Shown here in pieces: positions 35,801 through 50,359 of a stretch of DNA of 64,000 bases. This DNA is from Lama glama (taxonomy: Eukaryota), in the NCBI GenBank assembly GCA_028534125.1, contig CM052817.1:30444001-30508000 (forward strand), read 5' to 3'. Made by a program: the position numbers and the translations under genes. How positions within the stretch are numbered: position 1 is the first letter of the stretch; each line of letters opens with the position of its first letter. The notes beneath the pieces are model-generated. The model was not told the origin of the DNA. It searched no databases and saw nothing but the letters and a program-made list of their open reading frames with translations.

Positions 35801-38800
35801 GTTTGTGACTATCATGCCCCGTGCCAGCACATCACCAACTAAAGAGCAGGCTATGAACTACAGAAATAAATGACAGTCCCTGCCTCACAGTGTGGTAGTG
35901 GGACATAGAACATAAAACCAAACATTTCAGAACTAATATAATAAATTACTTCAAGGAAAAAGTACAGAATGATGCAAGCATACAATTTCTGTCTGGCAGA
36001 ATTTGGTTGGTTCCCTAAGAACTGAAAATATGAGATCTGTGATTATGTACACTTGAAACAAATATAACCCTAATTGCTTTGACTTTTTTCTTTGTCTTCA
36101 CGTTGACATGCCTGTATTTCTATGTGCTATACAAAGGCCCTCTTTTGCTCCCATGTTTAATCTATTTGAACAATTGTAAAATCTTTGTTTATACATTATA
36201 CCATAAGTAACATTTGGCCTTGATGCATACTCATCTCTCATCTTCTCCATGAAATTAAAAAAATTAAAACAGTGCATTACTTCACAGCACTGTCATTTTT
36301 ATGCTGTGAAGTCAACATTTTCATTTATTACAGTTAAAAAACCATTAAATTTATTAAATATATGAAAATATTTTTCATTATAAGTATCCCTGAAAAGGAG
36401 ATCTTATAGCTGATGATGAATTTCAATATGACAGACATAGGATGACTATTATCATTTTGAAGTTAGAAACAGTCACCGTAGTAACAACTAGATATGCTTA
36501 TCAACAGCTCAGATATGACATTCAACCATTTAGCTAGGAGAACAGATTTTCTAGGAGATGGGAGGCAGTAGGGATGAAAGAGACACACAGGAAACATACT
36601 GAGAAAGCAAAAGGAGTAGCTACTACAGTCCAATCCTTGGATGCCTAATATTTAATATACCTCTTTATTCTGATAATACTGCAGTGAGCACATACACAAA
36701 CTAAGTCAACCAGATTCTCTCCTCCAGACATGTTAGTTTTGGGAAACATACACACACACAGAGAAACCAAAATTAGTTACAGCTAAGTTTCTGATGACAC
36801 TACCTTAGAGATTCAGTCCGCATCATCTACTGGGTACAAAAAAAAGAGCTGTTCTAGTTTCTGACCATCTCAAGACTTGGTTTTCAAATCTTCTCTTCAA
36901 TCCCTTCCTATATATTGTTTGACTTAGTTCTTTTTTCTCTACTAAAAAAATTATAAATTCTAGCCTGGTACCTCAAGCACGGTATATGAAAAGACCTGGG
37001 AACCCTCAGGCATTGGTCCATTGCATTCTTTGTTCCATTGTGAAGTGAGTTGGAAGATAAGAAATGCTTTGTGTGGAATATTATGACAATATTTAGAACT
37101 TTCAGTAAACCCATGAGTAATGGATCTGGCAGAAACATTACTGGTAGAAAAATAAAACCAAATTCAAAATAAATATTTTGAGACTGTAAATTGTTGACTT
37201 TCTTAAAATGAAAAAAAAGCCCAATGAAGCTGAACTGTAATCAGGCAGCTGGCTGATCTCTTAGAAATATCATTTCATACTAGGGCCGACACTTCCTAAT
37301 GATTTACAAAAACTAGGCACACTCAATGGCCATAGCCAGGTCAGTCTTGGTGAGAGGAGGTCCATACTGTTGACCACACCATCACTTTCACACTCATTCT
37401 ACTTTGCTACTATGTGAATGAGCCCACTGAATAAACCTTGGGTTGACAAATGAAGGAGAATGGCTGTATCTACAAAGTAGATTATCCTATTTACCTTTCT
37501 TTGAAGCAGGGTCTTACTAACAAAAACCACACATATTGGGCCCATTTAATGAGGTCAATTCATGTTTTGTGGGCAAATGATATGAAACAAACAAACAAAC
37601 AAAAAGTGACCAATTCACTCAAATGCAAAGGTTAGGGGTGGTACCTGTATGAGATATCAAGTAATCAGACACCAGACACCATTATTAGGTTTCTGAACTT
37701 GTCAGCTTTGCTTCTCGCCTTAGTTTCCTCATTCTTTTTTTTCTTTTCTACTGATAGTGGGAGTCCTCTCTTTGGCAGAGGACATAATTGAGACAGTATC
37801 ATGACTTATCTTCTATTTCCCAGTGTCTGTATGTAACATTTCATTAAATGTTAAATATGCACTGATCCCAATCACAGCCGGATCTCAGTTATGTTACAAG
37901 CCTCCTGCACCACCAGGTTACCTTTGTGAATAGCAGTTCCATCAGAATGTCATGAAGTGGAAAAGTGGCGAAGTACAAAGAAGATGATATTGGTATTAGC
38001 AAAATTGATACCGGGTAGACAATGGGTAGACAAAAATCAAACTGTGCATTAAGAAAATACTACATTGCAAAATACAAAGTAGTATACAAATTTAGCTTTA
38101 GATAGCGAAGGCTGAACAGGCTTAGAGAAATAAAAAGAAGTTACGTGAATCAAGTGAATGATCTATCTCTGTATTATTAAAAACCAACTGAAGTAGAAAC
38201 CTCAACCCCAGGATCTACGTCAGATGTACAAAGAACAGTTCTGCCATGACAGGTTGTAATTTTCATGACTCAGTGGGTGTCATCAGTAAATGTTGACTAT
38301 ATTTAGCTTCACATTTACTGCCTTTTAGAAGAGCTGCTCATACACAGTAGAATGTTTACAAAACATTAAAGATCATCAATTACTAGCTCTGTGATCTGGA
38401 TAAGATTATCATCTTTCAATTCACACAAGTTAATTTCTTATTTATTTATTAGCTAAAAGTATTTTTGGAGAAAATTACATAATAATATAATATGTTTAAG
38501 GCACCTGAAAATAATTTGACATCAAATTGTAAAGAAAAAGAAATGTAAAAGTGTCCCAATAAACTTTCAAAATCTATTTTGTTACTCTTAGTTTTTAAAA
38601 TGTATTTCAGTAGCATTAAAAGTCATCAGAAAATGCACACATTTTATCATGTCATGCCTCATTGCTTGTACAGCTGTTGCCTTGTCTGATTCCCAAATCA
38701 GTAGAGCTTCACTCACATGCACATTAAATGAGTGGATGATACCTTGTTAAGGAAAGTTATACCATCATTGAGGTGAAACCTACTGTCAAAGGTGTAGACC

Positions 38801-39369
38801 AAACACAACGCTGTTTTTCTGAGAAATCTCTATTCTTGCAGGGAAATGAATGCAAAAGAATTCCAGGAAATCCACTCCAGCAATTTGTGTGGGAATTCCT
38901 TAACAATTCTCTTTTTAAAAATCAGATTTATTTCTCTGATTCCCATGCTTAAAATCCATTTCCTCTCCCTTCATCACTACATTCTACCCAAATTAACAGC
39001 AATGGCAAGCATGATAAGATATTAATCAAAGAGAAGGGGAAAAAGAAAGCCTTGGTAGGAGGGCTCTTCTTTACCTAACCACATGGATGGAGTAGAAGAG
39101 AGGCAACCATGCCTGCCCAGCAACTCTGCTCAGTAGGAAACATGACTCTTCCATCTACCAATCTGATTAATACTGCCTCCTCTTGGAACAAATAGAAGTA
39201 AACAGAAAAAACATCTGTCTTATACCAATTTTTCAAGACTAGTGAGAAAAACAGAAATAATGTATGTAAAGTGTTTACCAAAGTGACTAAACACAGTAAA
39301 TGTTTAGTAGATGGAAGCAATTAGATCTTTTGGAAATTCAACATAGTTCTTTTTTAGTTTTATTTTCAT

Positions 39370-39750
39370 GTTTTAAAAAAAAAGTTCCTTGGAGAAAAAC
39401 TTAAAAATGCAAGTGAACAAAGAAGAGTAAAGCTAAAAACTACTGAATTTCCACCAAATGGACCACTTAGTCATAACCACTGGTAAAACACTGGTATGTA
39501 TCTTGTCAACCATGTTCTTTGTAAACTATATTTTGCATCTGAACATATATTGTGAACATTTTCTAATGTCAATACCAACATCATTTCAATGCCCTCATAT
39601 CCATGTAGCACATCCTTGTGCAGATGCAACATACTTTATTTGACCACTCTCTCATTGCTAAGCGATAATGTTGATTCCATTTTCTTTTTATTTTTTTTCC
39701 TAGTAAGTGATACTGCGATAGGCATAAATGCAGCTGAATACTAGAGTGCT
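39370..39750 (-). mobile_element. Old L1ME-like 3' fragment
   Basis: aacatatattgtgaacattttctaatgtcaat...tttatttgaccactctctcattgct...gttgattccattttc. Confidence 0.5.
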
Positions 39751-40924
39751 TCCTTATTGGGGGGAACATAAGTCTTCTAGGTGTATCTGGTAGCTATAAC
39801 CACAATTATTTTTCTCTTCTGTAATAGTCTCTTGTTCAATATCTGTTTTCCTTTTTAAACTGGCAAGTAAATTTTTGATATATTTTCTCTTTTCCCATTC
39901 CCCATTTTACTGAGATAATCTGGCTTTATAATTCTTTCCCTCAGGATTTATAGCTTGATAGAAAGTAGAAGCAGCTGAAAAAGCCTGTCCTTTATAAAAA
40001 GCCTAAAATCACTAAGGAGACTATATCAGATATCCTGGGGTAGTAAACAGTAAGGTAAGGATGCCTGCTTGTAGAAAAAGATGTCTGTCAGTCCCTTTGG
40101 TATTATAAAACATAATTGGTCCCCAAGGTAGCCAGACCTAAGAGACTATGGTAGCAGAATAGCACATCGTAGAAACTTGAATCCTAGCAAAACAAAACAA
40201 AACAAAACAAACAAAAATACCCACGCTCCACATGTAGAAAGATAGATAAAGTTCCTGGATTTCCAGTATCTACTGTGGGCTTGGAAAAGATAATGATATT
40301 AACAACCATGAGAGAAAGATCAATCAAAGGCCTTCTTCCCTTTTCTAATCATTGCAAAATCTCCTTTTGTAATTTTAGGAGGGAATGGGAGACCAATAAA
40401 GACTGATAAGGAATTTCCTAGCAGGATGTCTGAAACATTGCAGGCACTCAGTATTTATTAAATTGAATTAGAAGTAAAAATACAATGGGAATATTGGTAG
40501 AGTATTGAAGAGACATATAAATTGTAGCTTGGGGGATATCAAAGAGACTTCATTGAAGAGAAAACATCTGAAATGAGAATCCTACAAGGCAGTGTCTGGT
40601 GGAGCCCTGATACACACAGACCTCAGTACCTGCTCAGCAGGACTTCATTAAGTTGCAAGGAGACTGAAAATGAATTCTGAAATGACTTTCACACTGTGCT
40701 TTGGCTCTATTTACTCAGTGTTCTCCCTGCTTTCTTTCCTGGGATTTTAGTCTACTCATGTTAGTGGCTTCTACTTACCCAGTCCCTGACCACCCATGTC
40801 ATCTCACCACTTGAAGTATACCTTCTGCTCACTCTAGTTCTCTTGGATGGCTTTTAGTCCTAATGTGTATGGCCTGTGATCCTCAACTAACTCCTTTTTT
40901 AAAAATATTTTTCTCCTTCCTGTT

Positions 40925-41015
40925 TTTTTTTAAATTGCTGTCATAAGAGCATTTAACATGAGATCTACCTTCTTAACAAATCTTTACGAGCATCATACAA
41001 TACTGTTAAATATGA
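40925..41015 (-). mobile_element. L1MA-type extreme 3' end
   Basis: taagagcatttaacatgagatctaccttcttaacaaat...atacaatactgttaa, preceded by a poly(T) run. Confidence 0.7.
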
Positions 41016-41219
41016 TACCTTCACCCTATGGTTAGCTCTCTTGTAGCTTAGGACCTAGGGAACGAGGCTTCAACAAGTTGAGCTGGTGCTTGGACTTGGA
41101 TAGAAAGTTTCCAAACTGAGAAAAACAGCATGAGCAAAAAAGCCCAGGAAAGAAGAGTAAAGGGAAAAGTTGTAGAACAGCATGTAGAACGAAGTATCAG
41201 ATAAGAGAGAAGCCCCAAA

Positions 41220-41252
41220 TTCCATAGTTTAACCTGTTCCATAGTTTAACCT
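41220..41252. repeat. 17-bp-period tandem duplication
   Basis: ttccatagtttaacct g ttccatagtttaacct. Confidence 0.9.
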
Positions 41253-44200
41253 ATCACTGGTCACTTATATTCAGTCAGTTGTATTTAAATCAATATAAAT
41301 GAAATCAGGCAATGTGAGATTTCATAACACTTAAAAACCGAATTGAAAAATCAGTTTTATTTCTATAAAAGACAATAAAAACATTGCACATAATAGGATA
41401 ATAAAAGTTGCCTTTTGAGAGTTTTGATGACATTAACGTATCCTTGAAAAGATTTATCTTGTTAAACCCATGCTATTTTTTTTTTAATACCTAGGGGTCA
41501 TTTCTCAGTTAAAAAAAAATCTGTATCAAGTGAAATAGCAATTTTCAAGCAATTAAAAAAAATCTAAAATAAGAAGTTAGAAATTCAAAAAGAATTTCTA
41601 GCCAGTACGCTTTGACCTAAACAATAATTTTAGAATCCTTAGAATCACCAGGATTGATAAAACACCTGATTCTTACCATATTAAAAATTAGTGTGTGTGT
41701 ATAGTTAATAAAACTTACTTTAAAAAGAGTAATATAATTAAAGGAAAACTAATAGTAAATTTATATTTTTTCAGGTTAATGAAATGCTGAAGGAAAAAAA
41801 ATGAGAAATTCATGGAAAACATGATTTTGTCTATCTTAGTGCAAAGCAGAGACCAGCACTGACCTAAGTCAGCCCATGAATGATCATCGAAACAAAATTC
41901 TTTACCCATAGGATTCTAGAGGCAGGTGTGGAGGGTACCATTTCTAACAAGCACTGTGCTGACTCAGCTAGTTTCCCAGAATATCTACTTGTTCTATTTT
42001 CTGCTTTGGGCCCTAAGTCACCTCTGGTGTGTTCTAACTTGTATTTGGTTTCCAAACTTAACAATATTTTTTTTTTAACTGGGAAGCAAAATTAAGTTGA
42101 GGTTTAGTTAGAAAAACTTTACAGGACTCCATTTCACGGCCTGTGAATCCAATCAACACTCAAAAATTAGGTGGATGATTAGCTAGTGTATGGATTATCG
42201 AGGCCATTTACTTCTCTTCCTTTCATTGCCTCTCCTTTAACTATTCAGTTGTCTACCTGCATTTCTACCAGATAAGGTCCAAGTGTAGCAAAGTCCAAAA
42301 TAAGTAAACAAAACAATTGAGTGATATAACAGATCAATATTGTGCCTCTCTTACTTGTTATGTTACTACTGGTTAAAAACCACCATTACAAAAAAATAAA
42401 ACCTCAAAATAGAAAACAGATTTTAAAAATTGTATCCTCTGGAAATGATGAAATTGTTTATTGAATGAAAAAACACTGCTGGGTTATCTGTCAATTTCAT
42501 TGATCCACCACTATTTACCATTACTATGAAATTTTTAGAATGAGCTGTTTCTGGTGGGCATATTCCTGTTCATGGCATTAATAATGTCATGATCCTAGAA
42601 CACTGGTAAAATTACATAAAATGAAATAAGATGATACATTTTATCCAATGCAAGGGAAAAAATATGAATTCTCAGCCAAATGAACCACTAAAGCTTCACT
42701 CCTCAGGCCTCCCTCTAAACATTAAGCTGAGCAAAGGAAGTCTTGAAGTTTTTCAGTGTTTTTTTTTTTTTTCCCCTCTCTGTAAACCCTGAATTGGTTT
42801 CTGTAAACGGGTCTGAGTTACACTCTCTGGGGAATTGCTTTCATAGATCCAATTAAAGTGTATCCTACTAGTATTCTGAAAGTTCAGGTTTAGCAAACAT
42901 TTCCAATGTAGCTGACACATCTTAAAAATTTAAAGACAACAAGAGAAAGTGAGACCCTCTCTGGAATTGCCACTTAGTAAGTAACTAAAGGAAATAAAGG
43001 TTATCATAGATTTTTCATCAAAAAAAGACTTTTTGTAGGTTTGCATTTTTTTTAAAGAGCCAGAAATGTATTGGTTTGGACAATGCTGTATCTTAAAATC
43101 AAGTAAACTTTATGTGTAAGCTATAATGTCTATAATTTCTAGGTCTGTTATCTAAGTACATCTTTATACCATGTCTAGTTACAATCAAGAAACATAGGGA
43201 CATGTGAGGCAGACCAGAGTAAGCAATTTATCAGTCTTGAGTAGTTTCTTTGTGATTATATTAACTTACTCAGCAAATGTTTATTAAGCCCTGGCCTAAG
43301 ACTAGGCTCTGTAGATGACTTACAGTTTGTACCCTAAGTGTTTGAGTTTTATTTCAATTGGAGTGGGGCAGCTAAACAGCCCCTGAAGAGCTAGCTCCTG
43401 AGTCTCTTATTCATACATATAACATTTGAATAATATATTTGAATCAATAGTTTGGTTACTTCATTTTCAAAACTCAAATTATGTATATAGGTAATTTATT
43501 ATTTTATTGTTGCTCTGCTAGTCTTATAGTTGCTCCTCTTTCACTGTCACTACTACTGTTCCAGATCAAGACTGAGACATTTCAGATAAAGATAATTCAG
43601 AGTCAACCAAGCTGTCCATTTTTTTCCATACAAAGCTGTTCTCACATTTGCCCATTTAAAGAGAACAACAGCTGCTAGAGTTCCTCTCCTGGAATCCAAG
43701 CCCGTGGAGCACACAGTTGTACTTTTGTCCAAGCATTCCTCTCCACAGGACTCTGAAAGAACAGGAGACCCCTCTATTTGCTGACCCTCCTGCCTGTGAG
43801 TTCCAGCTTGCACCCAGTGATGCTTATTGGTGTCCACCCAAGTCTTTACACACTACAAGAAAAGATGGTATTATAATTAACAGCTATTTTCAGTTCTGAC
43901 TTTAGCATATATCAGTGAAATGAGATAACGTTATTCAAATGTGTACAGAGCCCAAGAGAACTTTAAATTCCCTGGATATTTCAGTTATCACAAAGATCCA
44001 ATGAAGTATGCCTGATTAATTTCCAGAAGTAGGTTTCAATGTCTGCAGGTTGTGTCATTGATAGACCAAGGATCCTTTAAGATGGCAAATACTTTGCTTA
44101 GAATCTTTCAGATTTCCAATCAGACTGCCTAAGTCCCTGACCTTCAGATGCTTAAACAAGAATCTAATGAGTCTAGAGTCTATACTGACCCAGAGGATAT

Positions 44201-46058
44201 GCCTTTAAAATTACTTCTATATTATTTGAGCTAGGTGTTTTTGCACGATACTCTCAAGATCAACTATTCCCATTCCAGAGTCCAAGACGCCAAAGGGAAT
44301 ATGATTTATTAGGCATTGGCAATCTTCAAGAGTATCACATAACCGAAATGAAGCATTTGGCACTGGGGTCACCCAAATCACATTTTAAATGTTCTAACAT
44401 TCATTGCTCTTTCACATGTCAATGAGTTAGATTCACCTCAGAAGTCTAGTTTAGTGAATTTTCGAACCTCCACCACTCCATCTGACACAGTCGATTGAGA
44501 TGGTAAGGAACAACCTAAGCCCCAAATTGAGTACCTAGTACTTCTGTTGTCTCTGAGTTCCCCATTTGTTTTCTTAACATAGAACTATTGGAGCCTTTGC
44601 CAGGAAGGTCGAGGGACTTATAAAAAATTTGCTCCTCAAGAAGCTCTGAAGGCATCCTTGATATGCATAGGTCTTTAGCACTTAGAGCAGACATACTCTC
44701 AGCTAAGTGAACTCCATACACAATGTCAGTACAATAGAGAGAGCCCTTTCCTGGAGACAGTTCTTTCCTACTTTAAGAGGACCTCCTGTTAGTCAACAAC
44801 CAGCACAGAAGTTACTTCTGTAATGGGAGTTCAGTCTGAGATGATTTCCATTTGTTTGGTGAGAACAAACCAGGCAAGTGTGTCAGTTTAAAGGGCCAGT
44901 GCTTAGGTAAGAAGCAGAATCCTAGGAATCCAAATGACTGTTAGGGATATATTAGTTGGTTCTGGCTACATGTTGCATGGGAGAGTCTATCAGTTTAAAG
45001 GAGATTCAGGACTAGAGAAGGGAATTAGGCTGAATGGGTATAAAACATCTTGGAAAGTGTCCTTCAATATGCCAAAACTTGCTTATTTAGCTATTTTCTA
45101 TGGCTTCTTTCATGGAATGAATAAAATAAACATTAGTTTAATGGAAGTGTTGATGTTGAGAAAAACATACATAATAGAAAATTTTGCAGGATATTTCAAA
45201 ATGCCCTTTTTTGGCGCACAGCTCTAGTCAGGTATTCAACCCATAACACCCAGCAACATTACTGTCATTTCATGTTAAGTTATTCAAGCCAACAAAGAAT
45301 GAATTACAGTATCGTAATCTATTTAAAGGATTCCTACTTTGAGTAGTTCTCCAAAGGTTAGCCACAAGAGCTTCTAACTACAAGAGAGGCTGAAAACTAG
45401 GTTGTCACATTTGCAAAATGTCTCATGCTTGGGTTATTTTGTAGAGAAGTTGTGGAAAAGGAAATTGGAGGGATATGGGACTTGCTTAAATTACCCCCAC
45501 AACTGTCTCTAGTAAAGTTACTGGAACTTCAGGGACTGCTGAGCTGAAAGACTTAGTCCTATAAAACTGTGAAGGGATTATACCTGAGGGGAATTCTGGT
45601 GAGGCTTAAAATAAGCTTCCAGTGCAAAAAAAGTACCTGGAGAAGTCTACCTTCAACTCCCACATCATGCATAAGAAGAATTACTTTTAGATAAAATTTT
45701 GAATCATTTGTAAAAAGGAGATTCCATAAACCTCCTTAGCAACCAATCACTGGCAAACAACTTTCTACATCATTATGTCCTGTCTTAGAGAAGTCAAATC
45801 ATTCATTTTGCTCTTAAAATTAAGGAGTTTCCCAGATGTCATACAGGGATTCCTTTCAGTCTTCTGATGCTATGGATTCCAGCACTTAATAATCTTGGCA
45901 AAACCCCTGGAGTCAGATCTATGAGTAGTTTTGAGCTCTGCTGATAATTCCTTCATTCTCTATTCCTTATACCCCTGGGGAGGTGGAAGGGTTGCGGGTG
46001 ACACAAATTGAGCCAGAGTTACTGGAAAAAAAAAAAAAAGTCATGTTGCCCTCTAGAA

Positions 46059-46201
46059 GAAGGTTGCCAGATAAAATATTTGGTATGGACTTATGTAAAA
46101 ATAACTTCATTATTTATCTAAAATTCAAATCTAATCATTGTTTATCTAAAATTCAAATTCAAAATAATTCTGTATTTTATTTGTTAAATTTAGCAACTCT
46201 A
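46059..46201. mobile_element. MER53 (hAT-type MITE), internally rearranged, with perfect 8-bp TSD CTCTAGAA
   Basis: Ends are ggttgccagataaaata and tagcaactcta; the core is tttatctaaaattcaaat. ctctagaa is at 46051-46058 and 46202-46209. Confidence 0.85.
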
Positions 46202-46959
46202 CTCTAGAATGAACTGATTCTAATTCCAATTAGAACTGCAGAATCTTAGCATTGGTAGGGAGTTTAGAATTACTCTAACTGAAGTTCCCTGAGTCTTATA
46301 TTGAGCACTTTTCTCAAACTGTAGCTCATTCTGGGCTCTGCTTGCTATTCCTTCATGAGCTGTGTGGTTAACTGATCCTCTTTTCATCTTTTCTCTAGAT
46401 CTTTATTAAAAATTTGAGTTCAATTAGTGTTCCCTGTACAGTTACAACAATCCAGTTACCATGCTTCTGACCTCTCCACCAAGTATTTTATTTCACTATA
46501 GTCAATATTTTAAAGATTTTCATCTATCTTGAGCCAATGTTCCTTTAAGAGTCTCAGATCATGCAACATTTTTACATTTTCTCCCCCTTCCCCCCACCCC
46601 AAACATGTTTATTTAGCACTTGTAACTATAGTACCTGTCTTTATTCTCAGATAACTTGGGCACTTTCTTTCCATGTCTCCAGTGCTCTCATTTCACAACT
46701 GTTCTTGCTCTTTGGCCAAAAATTAAGCCTAATTCACTTCATTGCTTTTTCTACTTTTCAATAGATAAAGTTGTCCATGAAGAAAGTCAAATATTTATTA
46801 TAGTTTACACTCCCTAATTTTTAAAGAAAAATCAGAATGAGATTTTCTAAAGCTATTTTCCCTACTGAATTTTGCTACTGTGCTAATTTGAGGTCTCTAC
46901 TGGGAAAATATAAATATATTCCTTCCCAAAAGACTCAAAATGCTACATGTTAATTAAAG

Positions 46960-47200
46960 AACATACTCTAGAAACTTTGTGTGTGTAAGACTATGTTCTG
47001 TAGGTTGTAAAGTTCTTCATATCTATTACCTTATTTCATCTTCACAATCCTGCAAGGTGAATATGTCAAGAATTCTTGTTCCTTTTTCACAGATGGGACT
47101 ACTAAAAGTAAGACTGGTGAAATCAAAGGTTACATGGCCAACAAATGGGAGATACAGAGACTGAACCTAGATTTTTAAAGATTTCAAATCTAATGTTTTA
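46960..47200 (-). mobile_element. MIR
   Basis: tatttcatcttcacaatcctgcaaggt...ttttcacagatggga...aaggttacatggcc...gactgaacctag. Confidence 0.65.
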
Positions 47201-47574
47201 ATGATTTTTTTTTTCTGTTTCCTTCTCCTTTTTGTCTGGTTTGGTTCTCTCCATTTATCTTCATGCTATGTTCTCCTTTCTCCTCACATTTTCAGCCACT
47301 TTGTGGATTTTCATAGATAAATAAAATCTTTTATATGTTGTTACTCCTTTCTGCCTCTAATAGATGTTGTTTTAAAATAATAAAAGTAAAAAAGTGCCAT
47401 TCATGTCTTCATGTAACCTTTAAATATTTGAAGAGATGGGAAGATAGAAGCCCTTTACCAGATGTCTTGAACATCCTCATAATTTGATCACTTTTGTGGG
47501 GTTCAGGTCTTTTCTTTCTTCCTTTATCTTCCTAATTCTTGGCAGAGCATGTATGCTTAATATGGACAGGCATG

Positions 47575-47600
47575 CACACACACACACACACACACACACA
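47575..47600. repeat. (CA)n microsatellite
   Basis: Read directly. Confidence 0.9.
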
Positions 47601-48114
47601 TCTCAGAGGTATGGTCTGTGCTTTTGTAATTTGCCTCATAAGAAATGTTTGTTTGGTTCAAATACAGTCTTCTTGTCATTGTGTGTTCATCTTATCTCTT
47701 GGTTGCTATTCTATGTTATGTGGATTCATGCTGGCTCTTAACGTATTGGTCCTAAATATGCCCTTGCAATCTTCCTCCTTTCATTCATCTCTATGGTAAC
47801 AGGTAATAGATTTCTACATCTCAATACTCCATTTTAATATTTCATGTTCATATAACTAACAAAGTCAAATGACAAAAAGCATGGCTTGGGGCCTCCAGAT
47901 GGAAAGATAAAATCACAATGCTAACGAGTGACTTTCACATCATGAAAAATAAAAGATAAAATAAAAGGAATACTCTTTCATATCTTCATGTAACCATTAT
48001 TAGTTAGTTCTGTTTTCTGTTCTTTTTAATAAATGTGGACCTAAACTGTATGGCTCCCCTATTTTCAGTATTGAATCAAATTTACATTCTGTTCAATTAT
48101 GATGATAAGCATTT

Positions 48115-48488
48115 ATATGAACTAGGATAGCCTTAATAAGCTGTAACAAATAAACTCCAAAATATAGTATGAGTGAAACATATTAGAAATGTATTTCCTG
48201 CTCACTTAAAAGCACTAGACAGTGAACAGTGGGACTAACGTCCCATGCAAAATGAAGTCTCAATTTCAGGCTGCTGAAAGCAGCAATAAGCACGGAGGCA
48301 CGTACACAAGAAGTTGTATTTCATTTTCCAGCCTGTAAGTGGCATGTCTTACTTTTGCTCCCATTCCATTTACGGGCATTCAGTCACATGACCATGCTTA
48401 TTTGCCAGAAAGCTTGGCAAATCCCTACCACTGTGACCAGAAAGATTAGAACATCCATTTTGGCCAGCAACCAGCAATCTCTATAACA
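48115..48488 (-). mobile_element. MLT1J/K-like old MaLR LTR
   Basis: gctgtaacaaataaactccaaaat...tatttcctgctcac...acttttgctcccattccatt...agtcacatgacc...agcaatctctataaca. Confidence 0.65.
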
Positions 48489-50359
48489 ACATCATTAGCT
48501 GCATCTGAATTTTGAGGTTAATTTGATAACTCTTTAGTCATCTAACACACTTTAAAAAAACACTTCTTATTTGGCTAATAATTGGCCTGTCATTGGATAC
48601 CACATTTGTAGTGTTGAAGATTACAGATGCAGACATCCATCTTGTTTTCTGCAGTTCACTGGAGAAGTTGGCTTATGCAAAGCAATACATCATTCAGCTT
48701 TCCTTTAGGTGTATCAGCCTGGGAGAAGTGATCTGTAATGTGTCTCTTTAAATGTATCTTTCCTGGATGTAACCATCTTCCTATTGAAAGGGTACAACTG
48801 AAAAATATATAGTTGATCTGAGTGTAAATTACAGAACATTTTATACAATTTATAAAAAAAAGTTTCCTTTAGGAAATGAACTAACCCTATAGCTATTTTT
48901 TTTAAATAAAAGCACCTTAGCAAAGCTTTCTTCTTTAGACATGTACATGTGAAGTAAGAGTTATAACTCATACTAAGGAATGATGATATGTTATAAGGTG
49001 CTTGGCAATAAATGATTTCAAAGATTATTTTGCAAGATTCATCATTTTTGACTGTGCATTACTGATGAGTTAACTGCCATTGGACACTTGTTGAAGAGAT
49101 ATCAGCATTAGTTATGATTGTTCACACAAGAATTTGTATGTTGGTAATAAAACATTCTCACAATCCTATCATTCTTTTATTTTGTTAGTACATTGATTTG
49201 GTTTAAGAAAAATGTCACTCAGTAGTATACAAATTATTCAGATAGCAAATAAAAATTATCTACAGTTGGAGTTGAAGTTAGACTCTTCTTTTAAAGGATC
49301 AATAAATTATCAATTAATGTTGTAGAATAAATATGAACAAATCTATGTCTATTAAATTTACATTGCACTGACTATTTAGATAGAACTCGTGATGTCATAT
49401 TCATCATCATGGCCTGCAAAGTGATCATTAACAATCCTACGTGTAAGTAATTCTAATATAGCATTTCCCTTTTTATATTGTACATCTCGTGCATTTTAGA
49501 TCTACCTTCCCTATGCCTCTCCTCAGCGCTAACCAAGAAAATTCTGGAGCATAGCTTTGGAAATTAAAGACTGCCCTGACGTTAGTAAAAGAAATCTCAG
49601 CAAATTAGGAAGGAGGGTATGTTCTGTCCTCACTTATAACTGCAGATACGCAGATTCAATTCTGTTCAAGTAGTGAATTACAAACTTAAAATTTTTACTT
49701 TCTTGTTCAGGTTGGGGGAAATGTGTAATCCTTTTATTCTTCTATTTATAAAACTGCCCTTGGAAGTATTATTTCAAGAATTTTTGTGATATCAGGGCTT
49801 CTAAGAATGTTGCAGTGCCCTGGGAAAGTAAGCTTTAACCTCTAAAATGTCTGTAATGCAGATTAGTTGTCTTAGTAGATAACACTTTTTGTTTCCCTGG
49901 ATATATTTAAATTGACATTTCTGTTTTGGAAAGGTACCAAATTAATACTTGTAAAATTCATCAACTACGAGAAGATCAGTGACACTTGCCTCTTCTCTCT
50001 TATGCATGGGAGTAAAGTGAAACTTGTGACTGTCAGATTTTTAATGTAAATAAACAATCTGAGTTTATCTCATTTAAAATAAAAACTTGATGACATCAGG
50101 AGAAATGAATATGTAGCTCTCCTTACATCCTCCACTAATGCTGGCCACTCCTCAGTTAGTTCACTGGACAATTAAATATATGTAAACGATATACAGTGAA
50201 TAGAAGACTGAGGCTACACCCTGTAAGTATAACAGCATGTAAAATTGCTGTATTCATGAATACATGTGAAGGAAACAAGTTGTAGCTTGGTATTCAATGT
50301 CCTTAATGATACAGTCAAACCTTAACTCATATTCTCTCCTTAGGCCTCATGCACATTGG

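Noticed and set aside
36279..36312. 11-bp perfect inverted repeat acttcacagca...tgctgtgaagt
   Set aside because: The stem is too short for a pre-miRNA, and one such hairpin is plausible by chance in this much sequence.
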